From NCBI GenBank assembly GCA_024704765.1, contig JAKMXF010000210.1:310001-374000 (forward strand): DNA of 64,000 nucleotides, in the 5' to 3' direction. Below the pieces are notes generated by a model. That model saw only the letters and a list, made by a program, of their open reading frames with translations, was not told where the DNA came from and did no database searches. Positions 42,101 to 58,623 of the stretch are shown here, one piece after another; position 1 is the stretch's first letter; the number at the start of each line of letters is the position of its first letter. A program made the translations under genes and the position numbers. This DNA comes from Oopsacas minuta. Lineage: Eukaryota > Animalia > Porifera.

Positions 42101-45100
42101 GAGAAGTGAAGGAGTGAATGAATCAGCTGATACAGTCTCTGAGAAGTTAAACACTACAACTCCTGTATTCATGTCTAGATCGTAAGAAGTGAGAGAGGGT
42201 TGGGTAGAATCTTGTGTAAGGCTAGATACTTGTAATTCTGATGCTATCTGAGTTTCCTGGTTAGGATTCCCGTTAGTATCCCAAGCAGTGAGATTGATTA
42301 GACTTATATATGTGGATTGTGTAGATAGACCTATACCAGCAATCTTGATACTGTTTAGATCAGCTGTTGATAGAGTAACTGGGATAAAATTATCGTTATC
42401 CGAAATAGAAACTGAGCTTGATTGAGTGAGAGAATAATAAGAACTGAATCCAAGGATGCTACGACGATCACCCAAGGTTACTCCAGTTAGCTATAATAAA
42501 TGAAGTCATAAAATATTTATTATATGATTGACAAACAGTATAATTACCTGAATAGAAGATGACAGTATAACTTCATCAAATATCAATACCAACTCTCCTA
42601 TATTCATGTCTAAAATGAACTGTAGGAGAACTGGACCAGTAGAATCTGGAGTAAAGCTAGTAGGAGAGAGATTTGAGATAGTAGAGAGAGGATTACCGAA
42701 TGTGTCAGAAACGGCGTTACTTGTAGCCTCTAGTAAGGTATTACTAATAGAAGTAGCAAGTCCTGTACTTAGCTTGATGGAGTTAAGATCTTGTTGAGAG
42801 AGATATACAGAGATTATACTATCTGCATTAGAAGGCTGAATTAATGTAGGAGTAGTTAAACGTACTGAATCAGTAGAAGACGAAAGTATAATATTCTCAG
42901 TTGCCAATGCGAACGCATCAACCTAATGGGTAGGAATTAAATAACTTTAGCCAAGGATATTAGGTAATATAAATGCTTACAGCCTCGCTAAATGTGAGAA
43001 GCAGAGTGCCTGTGTTGAGGTCTAGTGAGTAGAATGATAGTTCAGGTTGAGTAACATCAGGAATAAACAAGTGTGGAGGTAGAGCACTTCCATCAGTAAT
43101 AGCTCTAACATCTACTCTATATACGTCATCGACTAAACTAGCAGCTAGTCTCAAGTAGGTTGTAGTTAAGCTCTTAGCAACAAACTCGTTCTAGATATAT
43201 TGAGATAAATATATCGGAGTATATGATGTATAATAACATTTACCTGTTTAAGTGTGTTTAAATCAGATTCTGATATTGTGATATCTATAACAAAGCCATC
43301 ATTAGTAGATACAGAGGGGTATGTACCAGTTCTTGATAGAGTAATTGTTTGTCCTGCGAGAGAGGAGGGAGACGATTGGAGAGTGAGAGCATCTCCTCTG
43401 AAACTATCAACTGATACAGCATCATTGAAGGTTAGAATCAGCTGACCTGAATTAATATCTAGTGAATATGTAATCAGCTGAACTGGCGTGATATCCAGTG
43501 TGAATACATCAACCTGTCAAGAGAAGGAATAAACTAATAAAGCTGCACAAATATGCACACGGCTATGGATACTCCATTACCTGTTGAGAACCAGAGACTG
43601 GAATATCAAGACTTGGTACATTAGATGTATCATATACAGCACCAGATTCTGCTATCAACATGGTATTAAGGATGGAGGTAGCATGGTAAGGCATACTCTT
43701 TAGTTGTGTAGTATCTTCTTCATTCAATTCCAGCTGTGTTATAACAGAACCAATATGAGTTGGTGTCAATAAAGTACCTAACAAACATATAATTATTAGA
43801 TTTAATTCATAAAATCTAATATGTGTAACTAACCTCCAGTTAGTGTGTAAGCAGTATCAGCAGATACAGTATTATTATTGATAGATATCTTGTTAGGTTG
43901 TAGAGAACCAGGGAGTACAGGCTCATTCCATGAGAGAGAGAGTATATGTGAGTTTAGATCTAATTCAAATGAGACAAGTGCAGGGGATGATGTATCTCCT
44001 TGATACAGGAATACTTGTATAGCATCAGTTGGTGTTATAGCGTAGAGTGAGTTAGGTATAAGAGCTAAATCTTGTATTGTGTAGGAGGTAGCACTGAGAT
44101 AAGTTGTAGCCTGTATAGATGCATAGTAATTAGTTTACTTAATTCATTTATGTAGAATCAACTTACATTTGAAACAGCTAGTCCAGTCCTTATAAGAATA
44201 GCACTGACGTCATCACTGCTTATGACACATGTTATTTCTGTACCGTCCAGGGATTCAGGAGTGAGAGATTGGAATGTATGAATGTAATCCTCGTGGGTTT
44301 GAGAGGGACTGGATAGGAGAGTCAGCCCTGAAGAATTTAATGATCCAACATTCACAGGCTCGTCGAATACCAATGTGATGATCCTGCTGCTAAGGTCTAA
44401 TTCAAAATACACGATACGTGGCTGAGTTCTGTCCGGTATGAATGACACGGGAGTTCTACGTGTGTCATCCTGGCTACCAAGTAATGGAAGAAGATTGATA
44501 CCAGTCATGTCAGTGAGTATATCTCCTGGAGCTGGTATAGTTATCCAACAATCACTGATATCAGTACATACTTGAGGTTTTAATTTGATTGCATTCAAGT
44601 CTAATGTACTAATATATATAGTCAGTATCTCTCCGTTAAAACAAGATGGACAGCTGAGAGCTGTGACGTCATAATACTCCTCAGGAGATGAAGGGCTGGT
44701 AATGTGTGCTTGTAGTCTAAGAGTGCTTACAGACCCACTAATACTCGTTAGACTTGATACTAACATAGGTTCAGAGAAGTTTAGCGTAAGAGACCCAGTA
44801 TTCAGGTCAAATACTGCGTATCCCATATACGCTAGTGAGGGAGGAGTTGTATCCGACTATAAATGAATAACATAATTATAACGTAGTATATACGGACCAT
44901 TATATGTATACTTACAAAGTAATTAGAAGCTTGTACTGCTTCTTGCTGGGAATAAGCTCGTAACTCGGGTGCCTCTACACCATTACCAGTATCTACACTG
45001 AGATAAGTGTTACTAAGTTGAGTAGCAATACCAGTTGCTAGCTTCACATTGTCTAGATCTACATTCAGCAGGAGAAAACTAAAAATGTTGAGTGTAGAGG

Positions 45101-45353
45101 TTGGTGATGAACAGCCAGACAACTGTACTGTCGGTACAGTAGATCCAGAAGGTGCCTGACTGCCTTGTAGATAGAACTTAGTGCAATCTAGATTTGTAAT
45201 ATCCACAGAGCTTATTCCTGCTATCTCAAAAGAGAGAGTCCCTTCATTGAGATCAAGATCCCAACTAGATATTTCAGTCAGAGATCGTACAGGGAGAATA
45301 AAGAGCAGTAGAAAACAGCCGAGTAACAAAATGTAGTAGCCAATACGATCCAT
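1..45353 (-). CDS. Giant secreted/surface repeat protein, >=~14,900 aa, ~118 tandem ~126-aa Ig-like (bacterial Big-like) repeats; 3'-partial; two single-base frameshifts in exon 12
   Basis: ATG at 45353 is followed by a signal-peptide-like stretch (MDRIGYYILLLGCFLLLFILPVRS). Exons: 45353-44916, 44856-44167, 44110-43834, 43777-43581, 43513-43244, 43190-42981, 42922-42548, 42490-41828, 41773-35981, 35922-26938, 26871-15446, 15379-<1. All 11 introns are GT..AG, 53-67 nt, and phases chain correctly. Repeat consensus: D-T-x-P-x-L-x-x-F-x-L-D-L-x-x-G-x-L-x-L-x-F-[SD]-E-x-V...YTLTGG...DLNxIK...LAT...TYLS...I-x-D-M-x-G-N. The frame 3192->1 was hand-translated and has no stop. Confidence 0.9.
3192..15379 (-). 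CDS. Giant repeat protein exon 12, 5' part (one extra base at ~15241-15243)
   Basis: Acceptor ttag|G at 15379 gives S-FTADSNISIVYLNFDEPV...YYTLTG. The frame then shifts by one base at ACA-G-GGA-GGA into ORF 3192-15209. Apparent TAA at 3194-3192. Confidence 0.85.
15446..26871 (-). CDS. Giant repeat protein exon 11 (11,426 nt, ~30 repeats)
   Basis: Acceptor atag|GAA (EIIDINSVNISC... in frame with ORF 15442-26772); phase-2 donor TC|gtaagt at 15445; 66-nt intron. Confidence 0.9.
26938..35922 (-). CDS. Giant repeat protein exon 10 (8985 nt, ~24 repeats)
   Basis: Acceptor atag|GTG; ORF 26890-35922; donor CAG|gttagt at 26937; 66-nt intron. Confidence 0.9.
35981..41773 (-). CDS. Giant repeat protein exon 9 (5793 nt, ~16 repeats)
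   Basis: Acceptor ttag|GTA; ORF 35894-41767; donor ACG|gtaagt at 35980; 58-nt intron. Confidence 0.9.
41828..42490 (-). CDS. Giant repeat protein exon 8
   Basis: Acceptor atag|CTA; in frame with ORF 41819-42475; donor GAG|gtgagt. Confidence 0.85.
42548..42922 (-). CDS. Giant repeat protein exon 7
   Basis: Acceptor ttag|GTT; in frame with ORF 42506-42907; donor CAG|gtaatt. Confidence 0.85.
42981..43190 (-). CDS. Giant repeat protein exon 6
   Basis: Acceptor ctag|AAC; NEFVAKSLTTTYLRL...FSEA; donor GCT|gtaagc. Confidence 0.85.
43244..43513 (-). CDS. Giant repeat protein exon 5 (not in ORF track)
   Basis: Acceptor acag|GTT; VDVFTLDITPVQLITYSLDINSGQLILTFNDAV...DLNTLKQ; donor CAG|gtaaat. Confidence 0.85.
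43581..43777 (-). CDS. Giant repeat protein exon 4
   Basis: Acceptor ttag|GT, in frame with ORF 43563-43784; donor CAG|gtaatg. Confidence 0.8.
43834..44110 (-). CDS. Giant repeat protein exon 3 (not in ORF track)
   Basis: Acceptor acag|GCT; translates ATTYLSATSYTIQDLALIPN...DTSSPALVSFELDLNSHILSLSWNEPV...YTLTG; phase-1 donor G|gttagt. Confidence 0.85.
44167..44856 (-). CDS. Giant repeat protein exon 2
   Basis: SDTTPPSLAYMGYAVFDLNTG...; in frame with ORF 44158-44826; donor AAT|gtaagt at 44166. Confidence 0.85.
44916..45353 (-). CDS. Giant repeat protein exon 1 (signal peptide + first divergent repeat)
   Basis: ATG 45353; hydrophobic N-terminus; donor TTT|gtaagt at 44915; 59-nt intron to atag|TCG at 44856. 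Confidence 0.85.
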
Positions 45354-45437
45354 TTGTTACGTCACAGATAGAGAATCATAAATGTTAGTAGTTAATCCAA
45401 TAAATAATAAATCCAAAAGATAAGCAAAATATATCTA

Positions 45438-45457
45438 AAACAAACAAACAAACAAAC
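45438..45457 (+). repeat. (AAAC)5 microsatellite upstream of the giant gene
   Basis: aaacaaacaaacaaacaaac read directly. Confidence 0.8.
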
Positions 45458-45830
45458 AAGATATAAGCCTAAGTGAGTAATAAATACATGTTGTTCTTAC
45501 AGTATCCTAGCAGGAAGTGTAAACAAAGGATTTCTAACAAGAAATAATATTGAGAACTAGGGATTATGGTTATTCTCTTGTTCCATTTTGCAGTGTGGGA
45601 ACTATATTTAGTGTATTAAGTTTTACAGAGGAAATAGAGCACATACATGTCTCGGTATATGGCGGCCTGCCAAAAAAAAAGTACATAGACAAATAGAAAT
45701 AACAACAAACAATGGCATAATACATTAATAATAATAAGTAGAATATAAATAGTATTAATTCTGATATAAGAGATCGGGTCGGATAGAATACATCATCAAA
45801 GATAAAATATTGAATATCCGTATTATCAAG

Positions 45831-48127
45831 TTATTGAACCACTACAAATTGAGAGGATTTGTTAGCTGAGCTAGCTCTATTAGGAGCTGAATGTTTGTGC
45901 ATAAGCCCAGTGTGATCTGCTGTATGTAGCGGATTGTCTAATGAAGCGTTATAGGTTCCCTTGAGGACACTAGAAGCGACTGTAGGGTGGAACTGGTATG
46001 AACCTGGTCCTGGTACGTCAGACTTAATATCAGTAAACCTAGAATATAAATTCAATCAAATAATCGTTTGCACAAAATATAAATATTTATCAGATGTAAC
46101 TTGCCTCCTAGATCTGGTCACTATAAGACCTGATGTTTTGTGAGATTTCTTCCCACTCTTTGACAGTAGATCAGGTTCCGTAGTTTCGTACATACCAGGT
46201 CCTGGGTTATCAGGATCTGTTGTCTCGGGGAGGGGATCTTTTGGTTTCAAGAATCGCTTGGAGGTTGTTAAGAATGGACCACTAGCTTGACCCACGAAAT
46301 GCGACCCTTCTTTTCCCTGTGTCATATCGTAGCTTGTAGCAACTTCATAAGAACCTGTACATAGGAATTAAATACAAATTTATGTATGATAACATAATAA
46401 AATTCACCTGGAGGAGGAATATCTTTGATAATAGGAGGAGGTGAATGAAGTCTCTTTGAGGTTGAAACGAAGTTAGCAGTTTTCTTCTTAGCGATAACAC
46501 TGTGATATTCTCCGCTCGGCTCTTCTTTAGGTTCATACTTTCCGGGACCAGGAATGATAGCATCTTGTTTTTTAGATAGAGGTAGTACACGCGGGGTTGT
46601 TGTACCAAACGCACCCTTCCTACAGCTCTCTAGGATAGCTTTACGACTGAGCTCTGCAGCAATACTGTTTATAGGGAAGTTATCGTATGCTCCAGGCCCA
46701 GGTGTTTGTCTAGGATTAATATAATAAAATGTCTATTGCTATGTTATGAATAGTGTTAGAATTATACCTTATATGATGTTGGGGCTTGAATCTTACAGCT
46801 GACTGCCCGAAAGGAGTATTCTTCATTCCGCTGATACGTCGTATGGTGTCTAGACTGGTACGAGGATCGTCATAAGATCCGGGAGCAGGTGTCTTGCCCT
46901 TCCCATCTGAGAACCTAGGAGCTGAAGAGCCGAATGGAGGTCTCTCTTCATTGCCCTCAGTATCCTATAATATTACTAATATCAATACAGCAAAATCCCG
47001 TTATATCGCTCAAGGTAAACGATAATTACTTCGATATAACCGGAAATCGATATAATCAACGAAATACAAATGTTACTTTGACGGTTCCACATTTCTACAA
47101 TTTAAGGTTTCGATATTAGTGGGTATTACATATATATATATATCCGTGTTCGTAATTATACTTACTTTTGTATTATCCTCGAATTGACTGGGAATCAGAT
47201 AAGCACCTGGTCCAGGAACTGCTTTCTTTGTGCTCTCTAGAACAACCAGTTCATGGTATCTAGGTATTTCACCCTTGGAAGAGCGGGAGGGGAAATTATG
47301 ATGTGTATTTCCGGTTGTTTCTATAGGGTCTGATGGTAAACCGCTTCTGGCCGGGGGAGGATCAAGTGACTGGTAATCCCCTGGACCAGGTCCCTCTCTA
47401 CCATCAAACCTTGTCCTATCTCCTGTCAAAGCTGCAAAATGGCAACCCTTATACCTACAAATAATATAAATTAGATAAATAAGAAATACACAAAATAGTT
47501 ATAATCCTACTTGTTGGTAGTGTGTGTTTCTCTGTAGTTAGGATAGTAGTAAGCTGGTCCCATTGTAGCATCAGAAACAGGGGCAGTGTGAGGAATCAAG
47601 AATCCTTCTCCGGTCTCTTCGTAACCGTAAGCTTGTCCGGTTGAAGGAATGGACGGGGCAACAGACTGACGTTGGAATTTCACACCTCCAGTCCTACGAG
47701 TTACAGTCCTAGACTTAGGAGCAGAACCAATTTTAAGTCCTGTCCCACTCCCCAGTTCCCCTGCTTTCATAGGAGAGCGGTTCTTGATCCAATCAGCTGA
47801 CTTACTTGTAGTGTAAGTTCCAGGGCCAGGCACTTGCATACTCTTCCTCCTAAATCGCTGAGTTTTGCTATCCATGGATCTCCCCCCTTTCACGTGGTCA
47901 AAGGGAAACTGTGGCATATAGTGAGCAGGGCCGGGGGTCTTGATAACCTGCTCATCAATATCCAAGAAAGTTGTTCTATCAGCCATTGAGAGGAAAGGAG
48001 CGAACCCGAGACTATACGACATTTTCGGGGCAATCTGGAGATCTTTACGCTCATACGAACCGGGCCCTACCTGTTTAGCCGTGGAGCTACTGGCCTCTGT
48101 CAATTGTCGATTCGCTCTGCCGTACAT
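45831..48127 (-). CDS. STPG2: Sperm-tail PG-rich repeat-containing protein 2 (STPG2), ~620 aa, 6 exons
   Basis: Exons 48127-47511, 47454-47166, 46964-46768, 46709-46408, 46354-46105, 46038-45831; phases are consistent (1863 nt). Many PGPGxY repeats plus STPG2-type blocks as recalled from the family: MYxRA.R, VGPGSY, PSIPS.G..YGY, MGPAYY, KYKG.HF, TPAPGSY..PRT, PFGQSAVRF. Confidence 0.88.
46039..46104 (-). other. Non-canonical GC-AG intron (66 nt) in STPG2
   Basis: Donor AG|GCAAGT matches the GC-AG consensus; acceptor ttctag|G. This phase restores RSRRFTDIKSDVPGPGSY, whereas the nearby GT donor gives an immediate TGA. Confidence 0.75.
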
Positions 48128-48270
48128 TCACTAAATTATTTGAAACTCGCTTGTAAGAATATGAATATTTGTCTCAGGAATCCATAGTAATCTACACAGA
48201 CAGTAATTTATGCTTAGCTTATCAGCTTCTACTAACTATAAGATACAATTTATCTCCACAAAAAGCACAA
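48128..48270. promoter_or_regulatory. Putative bidirectional promoter between STPG2 and the PPxY membrane protein gene
   Basis: Divergent start codons only 143 nt apart (48127 minus, 48271 plus); no specific motif identified. Confidence 0.4.
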
Positions 48271-48813
48271 ATGTGTTTGATAATTAAATTCCTATTCTTA
48301 TTTGCTTTGATCGCTATCCACCTGCCCTCTGGTGCTGCAGGGGATAGGTATTCACGCTCTTACAGCTACTATTACAAATACAGGGCATATTATCGCTATT
48401 CCTATGTATATACAGTGTCAAGTGATAATAATAACGGAACTATTTGCGGATCAACGTGTGTAGCTGGTTCTGTGTTCACTACATTAGCTACACAACCGTG
48501 TCTTATCTGCTGCTTGATAGTGGTGGTGTATTTTATGTGTAAATGTAGCTGTGCAGCTTGTAACGGTGCATGTAAATCCTCCACGAGTCACGGAAGAGCT
48601 AATGATTCCCCTGTCATCGAGAGAAGTACTAGATCTCAAAGGAGAACTGGATGCATGAATGATATCATGTTGATGACAATGGTTGAAGATACGCCACCTC
48701 CATATTCTCCAGACATGCAGAAGCACCGACCTGAGCCAGAAAAAGTGTTAGAAGAGAAGCCCCCTGGCTATGAAGATATTTATAACGGAGCTCCCTACCC
48801 TGCCCAACAATAA
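48271..48813 (+). CDS. Small single-pass membrane protein, Cys/Tyr-rich with PPxY motifs (CYYR1/WBP1/Shisa-like architecture), 180 aa, intronless
   Basis: ATG 48271 starts a signal-peptide-like MCLIIKFLFLFALIAIHL. It is followed by a Tyr-rich ectodomain, a hydrophobic Cys-rich segment (PCLICCLIVVVYFMCKCSCAAC) and a tail with PPPY and PPGY. Confidence 0.7.
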   Translation: MCLIIKFLFLFALIAIHLPSGAAGDRYSRSYSYYYKYRAYYRYSYVYTVSSDNNNGTICGSTCVAGSVFTTLATQPCLICCLIVVVYFMCKCSCAACNGACKSSTSHGRANDSPVIERSTRSQRRTGCMNDIMLMTMVEDTPPPYSPDMQKHRPEPEKVLEEKPPGYEDIYNGAPYPAQQ

Positions 48814-49336
48814 CCTGTGCGTGTGTGATATCTTAAATAAACATTCTCCCTAACATACAAATTTTATCTGTGTTTGATACAGTTTGCTTTCTCTAAGTGT
48901 GTTTTATTACTTTAATTCACTCAATAGGAATCCAAATTAAATTCAAATATTTTCTAACCCTATGTGTGTAGTAGTGTTGTATTGAGATCTGTTTCGTAAG
49001 AGATGAATAATTCCTTTTACATAGTTTTGATAAATCGTGAACTACGTAATTCACGTTTTAATTGGATTATTGCACCCCCACTACTGGTTAGTATTAGCGC
49101 ACACAACACTCTCAACAGCTGACATGTACCATTCAATAATTAGAGGATAATTGAGACTATTATGCTCCAAACCGAAATTACCCATTGTTACTTTCTTTTG
49201 CCTAGGAGCTATTGTGTGGCTGATATCGTTGGTGGTGTAGTATTCCGTTGGAGTAATTATGATCATATTCTATCAATATTAACCATTAATTGTCAATCTT
49301 AATACATTATTCTCATATATTAATTTTAGCCAGCTA

Positions 49337-57981
<8,645 letters not shown>

Positions 57982-57996
57982 CTCTCAGTTAGTTCA

Positions 57997-58020
57997 TTAG
58001 TCAATTCATTAGTCAATTCA
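57997..58020 (+). repeat. 12-bp tandem duplication (TTAGTCAATTCA)x2 in CTPS 3' flank
   Basis: Two exact adjacent copies plus a shortened copy (ttagttca) immediately upstream. Confidence 0.7.
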
Positions 58021-58623
58021 TTTTACCTCTAGCCTAAGCACTTAGACACGATTTCAAATTTAGAACTCAAATTCTAATTAAAACTCAACAGATTATGTTA
58101 CAAGTAGGCTCAATTAGTTATTTAGTCTCAAATGTTCTGTTTAGTTTAATTTCTTTTTGTTTCTATATTCGGAACTGTAATCACTTACATATTCAGAATC
58201 AACTTTCGCGTGTATATTTAGAATCTTATATTTTAATCAGTCAAGATATTTTTAGATTTTTTCCAATTTCAATTTTTGCATAGTATAGAAAGAAAACTCC
58301 AGAATTTGCATAATTCTTATGCTTGGCTACTGTTGATGTTTGTTCAGCGATAAATCGAAAGTTTAATAACATCGTTGCTATTTTGCAATTTATTGCTCAA
58401 TAATTTTTGTATCTCGCAAAATTAATGATTCTCAGCAATGTGATTGCTAATACTGTCTGTACTGACTTGTAGAAATCCATTTTAATCAGCCTGATTATTA
58501 TAATTATATTGTGCAAGCACTAAATGGTGAACTGTAAAGGTATTTGTTGCGAGTGTGTTTATCATATGATTGATCTTATTACTTAATGTTAATAAGCAGA
58601 ACAGTTAGCCGAAGTTGCAAAAC

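Noticed and set aside
536-43445. Dozens of 60-125 aa plus-strand ORFs inside the giant gene
   Set aside because: They lie antisense to long open minus-strand exons, are shadows of its codon bias, and show no recognisable motifs
3192-45353. Reading the four huge ORFs as an operon-like set of separate bacterial adhesin genes
   Set aside because: The gaps are 53-67 nt with GT..AG ends, domains continue across them in phase, only the most 5' exon has a signal peptide, and the neighbouring genes are eukaryotic and spliced
45357-45364. CRE-like TGACGTAA just upstream of the giant gene ATG
   Set aside because: It sits 3 nt from the start codon, so it is probably within the 5' UTR; single chance-level match
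48169-48270. N-terminal extension of the membrane-protein ORF from TTG 48169
   Set aside because: Non-ATG start that would bury the signal peptide; ATG 48271 is the better start
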